IMG/VR virus record: IMGVR_UViG_3300012942_000032
Coordinates: 58,282-122,281 of that record
Source of the DNA: a virus
Taxonomy: Duplodnaviria; Heunggongvirae; Uroviricota; Caudoviricetes
Length of the DNA stretch: 64,000 nt
Strand: one strand, 5' to 3'
The notes beneath the pieces were generated by a model. It was given only the letters and a program-made list of their open reading frames with translations, ran no database searches and was not told the origin of the DNA. The translations under genes were made by a program, and so were the position numbers. This document shows, one piece after another, positions 8,443 to 17,944 of this stretch. Each line of letters starts with the position of its first letter. Positions within the stretch are counted from its first letter, which is position 1.

Positions 8443-9363
8443 TTATATGCGAGTACGCTTGTTTCTGCTACCCAAGGGATTAATAGTGATTCTACAATTC
8501 TTGACGCCTTTGTCTGAACGATCTGTCTTGTAGACGGCATACAAGGTGGGTTCGTATTCTCCCAAAATCTCGTCCCCATTCTCGTATGTGTGCGCAGACC
8601 CTTGAATTACAAAAGCTTTCTTAGAAAAATTCCAAACAAGCTTCACATCACCCTGAAGGACTAACTGGACATTATCACGTCCATATTCCTGACCATAGTT
8701 CTTACCGTACACCGAAACAACTTTCAATCTTGTATCTTGAAACTCACGGAACAAAGTCGTCCCTGCAACAAGACCTCTGGGATAAAGTTTTTCAATATCA
8801 CGAGCAAAACGATTGATGTGTTCGTTATAAGCCATGAACGTATCTGACAAACCAGACACTCCGCCCCATTGCTGGAAGTGAATAGGCTTAGATCCGTGCT
8901 TATGGGAGATCCAGATACACTCTTCTCCATTACCGTTGATCAGATGAAAATCTGCTTTAGGTGTACCAGGAGTGCTTTCTGCATGGGAGATATGATGTAC
9001 TTGTCCGCACACATAAACAGGAACAAGTCCAGTTGAGAACTCGCATCTATCAGTGTTATGAAGATGTCTGTTAAGGGCATTCAAAGCATCATTTTCACGC
9101 TTCAAACCATTTCCCTTACCTCCAAATTCAGATGTCTTAGCTAAGTCTGAAAGCTTATACTCGTTACCCTCATGATCGTAAAGACGAAACTGTCTAAACT
9201 CATCTTGAGTTGCATCTAAGATACGAAAGCGTCTAGTGAAATGATGAATTAGTACATTGGCACCATTCATTAATTCGAAGGGAGACTGTTCTTTAATCTT
9301 CTTAAGAATTAACTCTCTACGCCATGTGTATTTGCAGATCTCTGCTGGACTTAACGACTTCAT
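8443..9363 (-). CDS. hypothetical protein (306 aa), possibly a PD-(D/E)xK-type nuclease
   Basis: ORF track. The weak motif ADFHLINGNGEECIWISHK resembles D...E.K. No confident family assignment. Confidence 0.5.
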   Translation of the reverse strand: MKSLSPAEICKYTWRRELILKKIKEQSPFELMNGANVLIHHFTRRFRILDATQDEFRQFRLYDHEGNEYKLSDLAKTSEFGGKGNGLKRENDALNALNRHLHNTDRCEFSTGLVPVYVCGQVHHISHAESTPGTPKADFHLINGNGEECIWISHKHGSKPIHFQQWGGVSGLSDTFMAYNEHINRFARDIEKLYPRGLVAGTTLFREFQDTRLKVVSVYGKNYGQEYGRDNVQLVLQGDVKLVWNFSKKAFVIQGSAHTYENGDEILGEYEPTLYAVYKTDRSDKGVKNCRITINPLGSRNKRTRI

Positions 9364-9914
9364 AATCTACTCCATTGATTAACAAGAATTTAGTTCTTTA
9401 GAACAAATGAACTAAACTAATGCTCAGGAGTGATTTGAAGTCACACTTTGGCTATCTACACCAAAGTGTTTGGAAAAGGCGTCAGTCTGCGACCCTCATC
9501 ACATTAGTACACAGAGTGAGTAACTTCTAAACTCAGGACGTGGGAATCGGCAACGCCCTATACTCTGACACTGGTCTCTCGCGAGAATTCCGCCAGAGAG
9601 TTATCCTTGATCTAATGAGAATAACCCTCACACCTGTTGCCGTGCCGCAGAGCAGGTCATACTTTGATCGCATGTCAAACGATCTTTCATTCACTTATAT
9701 CTAGTTGGTCGCGTTGCGCATATACCAACCCGAAAGTCGAGCTTACGTTGCGAGTTACCAACGATTAGACTTTCTCATCTTTTTCATAATGTAAGCAAGG
9801 ATTCACATCCTTGCGGAAGTTAAGGCGTATTGTATGCGATAATTCACACAATGCAAAGAGCAAGTTTCATAACAGAACCAAAGAATGTGAATACTTGCTA
9901 CGCTGCACGCTTGC

Positions 9915-9960
9915 GCAGTAGCAGCACGCGCAACGCACAAAACCGCACGCACACGGGATC
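9915..9960 (+). repeat. GC-rich intergenic repeat family member (AGCAGCAC...AACCGCACG...GGGATC)
   Basis: Shares the AACCGCACG core and a GATC-ending tail with the copies at 18311-18370 and 22321-22370. Confidence 0.6.
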
Positions 9961-10046
9961 TCCACATTGTAAGTGCTTGTTTTTATTATGCGGATTTTGG
10001 GATTTTTGCGTACACAAGCAAACCAAACAGATCCTGCAGTCAGCAG

Positions 10047-10082
10047 AAAGGCGCAAAGTTTCCAATGCGCCTTTCTTTTGTT
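10047..10082 (+). terminator. rho-independent terminator-like hairpin (AAAGGCGCA-loop-TGCGCCTTT followed by CTTTTGTT)
   Basis: A 9-bp GC-rich stem followed by a T-run on the plus strand. Confidence 0.5.
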
Positions 10083-10377
10083 ACTGATTCTTTTCGTCGT
10101 TTGTTTTCTGGAGCAATTCTTCTTCGTGTTTCTGCTCGCCACCTACTCTTGCGGCAGCCAAGATTCGATACCACGAAGTAACATTGACTCCATGAAAGCT
10201 CTTGTCGATCGCACCCTTCATTGCAGCATCTTCTTCGCCACGCATGTGCCTCATCAGAGCATATTCGATCACCATTGTAGTTTCCGGTGAATCGTATCCA
10301 CATTCTTTGAGGGCACGGAGTCCTGCTGCAACATTGATGCGATCGACGTTGTGTCCAGGAATTAGACCAACTCGCAT
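10081..10377 (-). CDS. hypothetical protein (98 aa)
   Basis: ORF track; lies in a region of elevated GC. Confidence 0.45.
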   Translation of the reverse strand: MRVGLIPGHNVDRINVAAGLRALKECGYDSPETTMVIEYALMRHMRGEEDAAMKGAIDKSFHGVNVTSWYRILAAARVGGEQKHEEELLQKTNDEKNQ

Positions 10378-10380
10378 AAT

Positions 10381-10773
10381 CTACTCCTGCACCTTCCAGC
10401 CCCAGGCGATGCAGCCGAAACGAACATCGAGATCTATATCGTCTTTGCCCTTGATGCCCGATTCATCCGTAATGGAAATGAGTTCTTCACCGTCTTGGAT
10501 GTAGTTGAAAACCCAGAGAGGAACCAGCCACTGATTCTCGTCCCAGCGACCAAAGCCCAGCCGCGTCAAAGCCACCGGATCGGCTGCGCGGAGTTCTTCG
10601 ATCGTGATGCGCCTGGACAGTGTTCCGGTTTCCTTGCCCTTCCAGACATCACGAATCTGTTTCCTGGCAAAAGCGTCCGTCCAGGACTCGTAGGCGGCAC
10701 CTTCTGCGGCTTCCGCCAACAAGCAAAGCTGGATGTGTGCCAGGTAGTTCTCGAGAGTGACCTTGTTATCCAT
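10381..10773 (-). CDS. hypothetical protein (about 130 aa; internal start MDNKVTLENYL... preferred)
   Basis: ORF track 10381..10953. The upstream 60 codons are Arg-rich and low-complexity and overlap the next ORF. Confidence 0.45.
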   Translation of the reverse strand: MDNKVTLENYLAHIQLCLLAEAAEGAAYESWTDAFARKQIRDVWKGKETGTLSRRITIEELRAADPVALTRLGFGRWDENQWLVPLWVFNYIQDGEELISITDESGIKGKDDIDLDVRFGCIAWGWKVQE

Positions 10774-10787
10774 TTTCTTTCCTCTGT

Positions 10788-10985
10788 TTATGAAAGATGA
10801 TTCACTCGACGATCTGTCGATTCTTTCCAGTGATAAGCCCGTTCGTTCCTGCCTTGATTGGGCCGCCAAATGTTTTCTGCTTCGTCGAGCTTGGGCTCGT
10901 TTTCGAACCAAAACCACTCGCCATTGCGATCCATTGCCATGTAGTTTGCCCAACTAGGGGCATGTCGCCATTCAGGCTTCATCAT
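10788..10985 (-). CDS. hypothetical protein (65 aa)
   Basis: ORF track. Confidence 0.35.
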   Translation of the reverse strand: MMKPEWRHAPSWANYMAMDRNGEWFWFENEPKLDEAENIWRPNQGRNERAYHWKESTDRRVNHLS

Positions 10986-11130
10986 GATCTTTTACTCCAT
11001 GAAGTTGTCCACCAATGTTGTTTGCAGGAAGCCAGCAGTATCGAGCAAGATCTTTGTTCTTGCTATCATCAACCCAAATACCATCTTCCAGCTTGATTGC
11101 TCTTTTACAGTGCTCACAGATCGTTTTCAT
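10972..11130 (-). CDS. hypothetical zinc-finger-like small protein (MKTICEHCK...)
   Basis: CxxC at the N-terminus; internal ATG of track ORF 10972..11175. Confidence 0.4.
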   Translation of the reverse strand: MKTICEHCKRAIKLEDGIWVDDSKNKDLARYCWLPANNIGGQLHGVKDHDEA

Positions 11131-11140
11131 GATTGTCCCT

Positions 11141-12232
11141 TTAAGCGTACAGCCGAACCATACGCTTCCAATCACCGTTCGGATTGCTTGCGCGCAGGTT
11201 CAACCCTCGAACCAGCTTGCGCAAATTGATGCTGATACTGTTCCTGCTTTCCCTGAGAGCATCGACGACTTCCAACCTTTCCTGCTTCGAGAGATACAAT
11301 CCATCTTCCAGATCCACATTCATGCAGATCTTTTCCATCATTTCCAGTACTTCATCATCCGTGGGATCGATATTGATCATCAGTGCGCGTGTTCGCAGCG
11401 CGCCATCGGGATCGAGCCTGTTGATAGACAGATTGCTAATGAAGATCACTTTACCAGTGAACTCGAAGTGAGATGGCATGAATCCTGCTTCGATATCTTC
11501 TTCTGTGATGGTCTCGGGATCCATCAGATTCTTCGAAGACTTTGTCCATACCAGCTTCCGTACTTTCTTGGTATCGGTTGCTGCTTTGAACAAGTTTCGG
11601 GAATCGAGATCTGCCAGACTGCCATCACTGTCGTCAAACACCAGAATGTCATCTTTGTGCTTGAACATCAGTTTGTAGAGTCCGCTGGGGCTTGAAGTGC
11701 CCGTATTCTTGAAGTAACCCTCACCATCAGACATTCCGAGTTGGGCAAGAGTTTCTTCCACGACATGCGATTTACCAACGCCACCACGACCTGCAACAAA
11801 GCAAGCGTTAGACGCTCCGCACACGGTGAGATTAACCAGAGTCCTGAGATCTTCCAGTTGCTCATCGTAGGGCATTTTGCTTGCGTTGGGATTGATTCGC
11901 TCGACGCCCTCTTCTTGATTGCTTTGCGCAAAATGGGGCGGAGCTTGTGTAGAAGAGCTTTGGCGGGATGCTTGTGCAGGTCTGCTACCTGCAATACCCA
12001 TGTCGAAAAGAATTTGTTGCTTGTTATGGAGCAATTCATTGATATCAGTAACACTACCAATGAAAACAACATCTCGACCCTGTTTACCGAACAAGTGCGA
12101 GAAGTTTCTGCGCAGATGATTCATTACTCTACTTCTGCGCCCTGTGCTCCATTCCGAAACATTCAGCCTTTGTCCTGGTTCCAGTGCTGCTAGTGCATCG
12201 TTGAAAATCTGATCGAAGACATCATTTAACAT
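11141..12232 (-). CDS. P-loop NTPase (Walker A GRGGVGKSH, Walker B ILVFDDSDG)
   Basis: AAGGAG RBS 7 nt upstream of the ATG of MLNDVFDQ. Walker A and B motifs present. Sits in an island of about 50% GC. Confidence 0.65.
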   Translation of the reverse strand: MLNDVFDQIFNDALAALEPGQRLNVSEWSTGRRSRVMNHLRRNFSHLFGKQGRDVVFIGSVTDINELLHNKQQILFDMGIAGSRPAQASRQSSSTQAPPHFAQSNQEEGVERINPNASKMPYDEQLEDLRTLVNLTVCGASNACFVAGRGGVGKSHVVEETLAQLGMSDGEGYFKNTGTSSPSGLYKLMFKHKDDILVFDDSDGSLADLDSRNLFKAATDTKKVRKLVWTKSSKNLMDPETITEEDIEAGFMPSHFEFTGKVIFISNLSINRLDPDGALRTRALMINIDPTDDEVLEMMEKICMNVDLEDGLYLSKQERLEVVDALRESRNSISINLRKLVRGLNLRASNPNGDWKRMVRLYA

Positions 12233-12381
12233 CAACGGCTCCTTATTATGGATTGCGTGCTGGGTCCTGTGTCCCTGCTTGTGCATATATTATTGCATTA
12301 TCAAGTGATGCTGTCAATCAACCTTTCATGGTTTTACCACAGAAATTTCAGTGAACTTGTGATAGTAAATCTGATCTATGA

Positions 12382-12410
12382 TTGACATTCCTGTTTCATG
12401 AATCTATAAT
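12382..12410 (+). promoter_or_regulatory. sigma70 consensus promoter TTGACA-17-TATAAT
   Basis: Exact TTGACA(12382-12387), 17-nt spacer, TATAAT(12405-12410). A 12-bp hairpin plus T-stretch follows at 12424-12465 before the GNAT gene. Confidence 0.6.
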
Positions 12411-12475
12411 CAGCATTTTATTGTTGGTTAGAGCAGATTTTAGCTTCTAACCAACACTTTTCTGCACCTTACAGT

Positions 12476-12877
12476 ATGGAAGATATAATGAATAGTGTTT
12501 ATAGATACAACATCTATAATGTTCCAGACAAAATTCTTGTCCAATGTCTCCAAATGTTTAAGAGTACTATTACTCAAGACTTTGTCCGTTGCAAGAAAAC
12601 AAAACCTAATGATGCCTGGGTATTTCCTTTCGTTTGTTCTGACAATTGGAATAAATGGGAAGTCTATGGTTGGGGTCTGTTGGAATTTGAAGATGATACA
12701 GGAATCATTCAAATCTTTGTAGATGAAGATCATCGTCGTATTGGAGTAGGTAAAGAAATCTTTAAGCAAATGGAAGAATTTACTCTGATTCATGGAAAGA
12801 AGATAGGATATTTTGTTTCTGATAAGGAATCAAAGCATTTCTTTGGATCCATGGTAAATAAAGCATCAAATGTATGA
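12476..12877 (+). CDS. GNAT family N-acetyltransferase (133 aa)
   Basis: Motif A IQIFVDEDHRRIGVGKEIFKQMEEF (Q/R-x-x-G-x-G/A). Confidence 0.7.
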   Translation: MEDIMNSVYRYNIYNVPDKILVQCLQMFKSTITQDFVRCKKTKPNDAWVFPFVCSDNWNKWEVYGWGLLEFEDDTGIIQIFVDEDHRRIGVGKEIFKQMEEFTLIHGKKIGYFVSDKESKHFFGSMVNKASNV

Positions 12878-12886
12878 GTTATTTCA

Positions 12887-14725
12887 ATGGCTGGATTTAA
12901 AACTTCTATTCTAGACAAATCGCCAGTTCTATTTCTGACATTCGATGGAGATTCTTTCGATTCTGCTAGGCGAACTCTGACTGCGGTTCCTGCTCAGATC
13001 ATAGATGAATCTGGTCTAGGAAATAATGCTATCTTTCATGATGATGGTCTGAGTCCAGATTACTTTGGTTATAGAATGGGCATGCCATCAATGGTAGATC
13101 TAGAACCTGCCGATCAATATTCAATGTCATTTGGATATTATGGTGCTCAGCCTTTACATCCATCTATTTGGGCGAAAACATATCTAGAAGTTCCGCATGC
13201 AGATTCCTTCCAATTTCCTAATTATGGAAGTTTTTCTGTAACAGCAATGATCAATAAAGCTTCTAATGAAAATACCTTTAGAAACTATTATTCATCAAAC
13301 TGGAATACGAATACCCTTACCAGACCTATTATCAGAAAAGGTCTGGCTTTCAAATTAGATTACATTGATCCTTGGTCAGGAAATGATTATCTCCAAGTCA
13401 CCTATCCTGCAGGCACTTTGACTTGGAATGTTTACACAGATGGAACATTCTTTGGAAAGAATATGTTTGTTGCATTCTCCTGGAATGTTCAACAGCAACC
13501 TAATGGGATCTATTCTGCTACTGCAACTCTTTGGGTGAATGGAATCGTTGTCGCAACAAAGTCCCATACGTTCTTAGATACCTATCCTGCATCTAATGTT
13601 TCTAGTCCATGGGAGATTGCAGGAACTGCCGCAGCAAGCCCTAATGGTAACAATTATGATGATAGACAGACAAGTTCACTTGTTTTAGATCAAATTGCTG
13701 TCTATCAAGATCCATTGACAGATGACGATATTCTTTTCTTATTCAAGAAGATCAGAAGCTATGAGAATATGGTTATTGCTCATAGACCGTCCCAATTCTG
13801 GACACTTGGAGATCTAGAGTCTCAGACAAGTAATTCTATGGTACCTTTGGTAGGTTCCCTGACCGGAAAATATCTAGGCGGAACTGCTCGTATTCTAAGA
13901 CAGCAGACTGGTCCAACGAATATTGTCAATAGTTCAGGGACCAGATTCCAGGCAGGTGGTGTAGCAGTAGTTCACGATTCAAGTAATGATGCAAATCCAA
14001 TCTTTAATCCATCTGGTGATTATACAATTGAATTTTGGTTTACAGCCGAGAATGGTGATCAGAGTGTAATGATGTCAATGCAGTCTGACAATTATCCATT
14101 TACTGGTATGCTCATTCAAATGAATACAAAACAGGATGTGTATTCTAATGGAATGATTCAGTTTAAGGTAACAGATAGTTATACAGTGAGCACAAGGGAT
14201 CTAAAAGATGATAACATCAATAGATTCCAATTTAATGATGGCTATTGGCACCATTGCGTAGCTATTAGAAGAGGATCTAATATTGAGCTTTGGTTAGATG
14301 GCGTCCTTCATAATACCACATCTGCACCTGTAGGGACAATTGATAATTCTGGTCAGCTTTATTTGATGGGTATGATGCCTGGAGAATTGAATACGACTGG
14401 TTGTATGTCTGAATTTGTTCTTTACAATTATGCTCTTGCACCAGCAATGATCAGAGCTCATTATTCATATGCTCTGGTTTATCGTATTCATGGTCAGGTT
14501 ACCTTGCAGGGCGTTCCTTATCAAGCAAACGTCAGAGTTTATAATCATGAAAGTGGTGAGCTAATTAAGACAATTCAGTCCAATCAATCAGATGGTAATT
14601 ATCTGATTGATCTTTATGATAATTCGTTGATTGATTTGATGGTTTTAAATACACAAGATAGAAATGTGAGATATCGTGCCTATGGTCCGATTACTCCAGC
14701 AGAATATGAGGATCTACCTGCATGA
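12887..14725 (+). CDS. structural-like protein with two LamG-like domains and a C-terminal beta-sandwich (612 aa)
   Basis: LamG_3-type endings LVLDQIAVYQDPLTDDDI and MSEFVLYNYALAPAMI. Confidence 0.7.
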   Translation: MAGFKTSILDKSPVLFLTFDGDSFDSARRTLTAVPAQIIDESGLGNNAIFHDDGLSPDYFGYRMGMPSMVDLEPADQYSMSFGYYGAQPLHPSIWAKTYLEVPHADSFQFPNYGSFSVTAMINKASNENTFRNYYSSNWNTNTLTRPIIRKGLAFKLDYIDPWSGNDYLQVTYPAGTLTWNVYTDGTFFGKNMFVAFSWNVQQQPNGIYSATATLWVNGIVVATKSHTFLDTYPASNVSSPWEIAGTAAASPNGNNYDDRQTSSLVLDQIAVYQDPLTDDDILFLFKKIRSYENMVIAHRPSQFWTLGDLESQTSNSMVPLVGSLTGKYLGGTARILRQQTGPTNIVNSSGTRFQAGGVAVVHDSSNDANPIFNPSGDYTIEFWFTAENGDQSVMMSMQSDNYPFTGMLIQMNTKQDVYSNGMIQFKVTDSYTVSTRDLKDDNINRFQFNDGYWHHCVAIRRGSNIELWLDGVLHNTTSAPVGTIDNSGQLYLMGMMPGELNTTGCMSEFVLYNYALAPAMIRAHYSYALVYRIHGQVTLQGVPYQANVRVYNHESGELIKTIQSNQSDGNYLIDLYDNSLIDLMVLNTQDRNVRYRAYGPITPAEYEDLPA

Positions 14726-15690
14726 CAGCTTTTACTTGGAATACTCCTGCTCCACCTAGTCCCATGAGTGCAAATCTCTTGAGTAACTGGGTGACTTTGT
14801 TTCAAGATGTTGATGCTAGAATGCTTGCAGCTGGGTTTGTTCAGACTGCTGATACTGGCCAATTAGATATATCGACAATTTCATCATTCTTAAGTAACTC
14901 TGGAGATTTCTTCTACGGTTACAAGATGTATGCTTTGAATGATTCCTTGCAAGATACTTTGCCTGTCTATATCAAGGCGGAATTTGGTTCTGGACCAGCT
15001 GGTAATGCTACTTCAAACTCCGCCTACGTCACACCAAAAATTAGATGGTCTTTCGGAGTATCTAATTATCCTATTCTCCCATCAGATGGATCGGGAAATC
15101 TATCAAGCGCTATTGGTACTGGCACACATCCAAGTACCTCCACCAATGGTGGAGGTACTTTTAGTACCTCCACCAATGTGACTTCTTATTGCACCTACAA
15201 TGAAAATCTAGGTTTTTACTCATTGATTTATGGGCCTGGAATGATTGGAGCATTACAAGGTCTGGGAACTTGGTTCATTCAAAGAACAATTGATGAAACA
15301 ACAGGCCTTCCAAATGCAGATGGAGTGTGCATCTATTACATCAATAATACAACAGGTTCTTCGACTACAACCGGGCAAGCAATAAATTCTATTTTCACTA
15401 GCAGTTCTTATACTTCAGGTGTATCAACCTCGTGGGCACAAAGAGTAGGAGGAATAGCAAATACACAAGAAGGAACTACCGTGTATCTTCAGAGAGCATG
15501 GATGTTATCTCCTCGCCAAAGACCTTGTTATGGTTTAGCTACCTACAATAATTCTAATCTCTCTGCTGGCTCACAATTTCCTCTTCAAACTCTAGGTACA
15601 GAAACTAATAATTTCGTCGCCCTTGGCTCTCTTAGTGGATATCCGGACGGAAGTGGTTTAAGCGCCTCCTTTGCTATGCTTTTTGAATAA
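14722..15690 (+). CDS. hypothetical structural-like protein, Ser/Thr/Gly-rich (322 aa)
   Basis: ORF track; translationally coupled (ATGA overlap) with its neighbours. Confidence 0.6.
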   Translation: MTAFTWNTPAPPSPMSANLLSNWVTLFQDVDARMLAAGFVQTADTGQLDISTISSFLSNSGDFFYGYKMYALNDSLQDTLPVYIKAEFGSGPAGNATSNSAYVTPKIRWSFGVSNYPILPSDGSGNLSSAIGTGTHPSTSTNGGGTFSTSTNVTSYCTYNENLGFYSLIYGPGMIGALQGLGTWFIQRTIDETTGLPNADGVCIYYINNTTGSSTTTGQAINSIFTSSSYTSGVSTSWAQRVGGIANTQEGTTVYLQRAWMLSPRQRPCYGLATYNNSNLSAGSQFPLQTLGTETNNFVALGSLSGYPDGSGLSASFAMLFE

Positions 15691-16982
15691 TGACTGACTA
15701 TATCATCTCAAGCCCATCTAATACTTCACTTTCTGGAGTTCTTAGAGACGCAAAATTATCTTTCTCCCTAGAAAATAGAACTTTCTTTAGGGGAAACGGA
15801 TACTTCGCTGGAAAGATTTTAGATTCCAACAATCATCCTCAAGAAGGTGCGACTGTACAGATCTGGCACAGAGCAACGAATAGCCTTGTAGGAACGACTG
15901 TAACAGATGATAATGGTGATTATACCTTTGTCAATGTTCCGGTTGGTGAGATGTTTGATCTGATTGCTATCGATCCAACCGGAAAATGGGAAAGAAAAGT
16001 ATCTTCAAGTAGATACCCTCAATCAGGTTGGTATCCTGATTTGACGATGACGACTAGAGGAAGATATCTTTATGATCTTGGAGAAAAAGTAAACCAAGAC
16101 GCCAGAGGTTTTGGTGGTAATGGTTCTTATGCTTACACAATTGATAATTCCACTGAAGGTTTGATCTGTGATGGATCATCAGGTCACATCACAAGTGATC
16201 CTCTGTCTGTGTCAGGTGAAATAATTGAATATAATGTTACGGTTGGAGATGGATCAGGAAAAACTTTAAGCAAACCAATGTCATTCAAAACGTATGATGA
16301 TCCATATCATAGCTCTGTTGTTAGTTTGATGCATTTTGATGGCCTGTACTCTCCAACTGTTTTTACAGACGAATTGAATAATTCTTGGGTTAGAGGCGGT
16401 ACGCCTGTTATAAGCAATGCCAGTCCTATCTTCGGAGTAGGTAGCTATTATTCTTCGTCTACTTCTGCTAATAGAATCACATGGACGTGCGGTTCTGCTC
16501 CTGTTTTAGGAGACGGAGATTTTACACTTGAATGTTGGTTTATTCCTAAAGTTCTAACTTCTGCTTCCCAATGGCTAGGAATTGTTAATAGGAGAGTATC
16601 GAATACTAATGCATCTTGGTCTCTTTATCAAGATCAGAATAATGCAGGTATCAATTTTGGAATAACATTCACAGGTCAAGTAACTGATCTAACCTATTCT
16701 AAATGGACAACACCTCTTGTCTTGAATACGATATATCATTTGGCGGTATGCAGAGTAGACAATATTATCACACTGTATGTCAATGGTGAAGCAGGAAATA
16801 CAATTGATGTAGGCACATCAGCAGAATATAAATCTACTAATTCTATAGTTCTTGGTGCATTGGACACTTCCGGTGGAGCATCATCTATAAATGGTTACAT
16901 TGATGAAATGAGAATCACGCAAGGTGTTGCAAGGTACACTTCTAATTTTACTCCACCTACTGCTCCATTCACTTTGAACTAA
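15690..16982 (+). CDS. structural-like protein with carboxypeptidase-regulatory-like N-domain and C-terminal LamG domain (430 aa)
   Basis: FAGKILDSNNHPQEGATVQIW...DDNGDYTF is CarboxypepD_reg-like. The C-terminus is GYIDEMRITQGVARYTSNFTPPTAPFTLN. Confidence 0.7.
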   Translation: MTDYIISSPSNTSLSGVLRDAKLSFSLENRTFFRGNGYFAGKILDSNNHPQEGATVQIWHRATNSLVGTTVTDDNGDYTFVNVPVGEMFDLIAIDPTGKWERKVSSSRYPQSGWYPDLTMTTRGRYLYDLGEKVNQDARGFGGNGSYAYTIDNSTEGLICDGSSGHITSDPLSVSGEIIEYNVTVGDGSGKTLSKPMSFKTYDDPYHSSVVSLMHFDGLYSPTVFTDELNNSWVRGGTPVISNASPIFGVGSYYSSSTSANRITWTCGSAPVLGDGDFTLECWFIPKVLTSASQWLGIVNRRVSNTNASWSLYQDQNNAGINFGITFTGQVTDLTYSKWTTPLVLNTIYHLAVCRVDNIITLYVNGEAGNTIDVGTSAEYKSTNSIVLGALDTSGGASSINGYIDEMRITQGVARYTSNFTPPTAPFTLN

Positions 16983-17003
16983 TAGATGATTATTCAGTCA
17001 AAA

Positions 17004-17035
17004 GAATAGGGGCGATCAAGCCCCTATTCTTTTCA
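17004..17035. terminator. bidirectional rho-independent terminator between convergent genes
   Basis: AGAATAGGGGC-gatcaa-GCCCCTATTCT, an 11-bp perfect stem flanked by AAAAG on one side and TTTTC on the other. Confidence 0.75.
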
Positions 17036-17257
17036 GACAGCAGTCAATCCGTAACGATTGCTCTTCACGAACCTTCCATTATCCTTCATCGCTTTGAGCA
17101 GTTCTGCCAAAGCTCCTTCATAGCGATGACGCACTTCAGGATAATCATCGTCGATGACTGCGACCTGATTGTGATTCTTCAGAGCCTTCGAGAATTCGTT
17201 AGCAGCAGCGAATTCCTTACTCTGAAGTTCCATTCGTTTCAGGATATCATCGCTCAT
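17033..17257 (-). CDS. hypothetical protein (74 aa)
   Basis: ORF track. Confidence 0.5.
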   Translation of the reverse strand: MSDDILKRMELQSKEFAAANEFSKALKNHNQVAVIDDDYPEVRHRYEGALAELLKAMKDNGRFVKSNRYGLTAV

Positions 17258-17259
17258 GA

Positions 17260-17544
17260 TCAGTCCTGGTGCCGATGAACGATTTGTTCGATGATGTCAC
17301 CGTACTTGGCATCCTTGGTAATCGGCATCGTGTAACTGCGAGGCACACCATTCGCTTTGGTGCCGCTCTTGATGATGCGACCTTCGACGATCTGCCGACC
17401 GCGTGCCTTGTTGAAGCGATCGCGTTCGTTGCAGACTGCGATGGCATAGGTCACCGTGTCGTCGTTCCAGTTCCGACGATAGCCGATTGTGGCACGTCGA
17501 CCGAAATCCTGACCCAGGTGGGCATACTTGATCTTGTCTTCCAT
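17260..17544 (-). CDS. hypothetical protein (94 aa)
   Basis: ORF track. Confidence 0.5.
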   Translation of the reverse strand: MEDKIKYAHLGQDFGRRATIGYRRNWNDDTVTYAIAVCNERDRFNKARGRQIVEGRIIKSGTKANGVPRSYTMPITKDAKYGDIIEQIVHRHQD

Positions 17545-17545
17545 C

Positions 17546-17710
17546 TCTACTCCTTTGTGGCGGTAACGCCGTTAAGTTGCGCCTTCACCCTTTCGATCAG
17601 CTCAGTTGTGATCTGAACTCCCACAGGGTCTTTGTTAGCCTTCTCCAACAGGCGTTTGTTGGCCAAGGCGTCTACTACATCTTCCAAAAGCTCTTTCAGA
17701 TCTTCGTTCA
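17546..17710 (-). CDS. hypothetical small protein (54 aa, MNEDLKELLEDVVDALANKRLLEK...)
   Basis: Below the ORF-track threshold but exactly fills the gap between flanking minus-strand genes. Confidence 0.4.
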
Positions 17711-17944
17711 TAGCTCATTCGACATATAGTCGCCTTTGTGAACATAGACCTTGATAAGATCATTGCCATAGGCACAGAATTGATCGAATACGAAGCAATT
17801 CTTTTTGGTTCCGTTAGTGAATTTCTTCTCCTGCCAGTAGCCTGGAATTTCTTCCATCATCTTTCCAGCAAGCGAATTACTCACTTCTGCAACCAAAGCA
17901 CCTCCTTCATGACTCCTGATGTACATCATCAATATCCTTCCCAC
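17708..17944 (-). CDS. hypothetical protein (78 aa)
   Basis: ORF track. Confidence 0.45.
   Translation of the reverse strand: MGRILMMYIRSHEGGALVAEVSNSLAGKMMEEIPGYWQEKKFTNGTKKNCFVFDQFCAYGNDLIKVYVHKGDYMSNEL

Noticed and set aside
13376-15181. Small antisense ORFs 13376..13567(-) and 14939..15181(+) inside the LamG structural genes
   Set aside because: Nested within longer, domain-supported frames.
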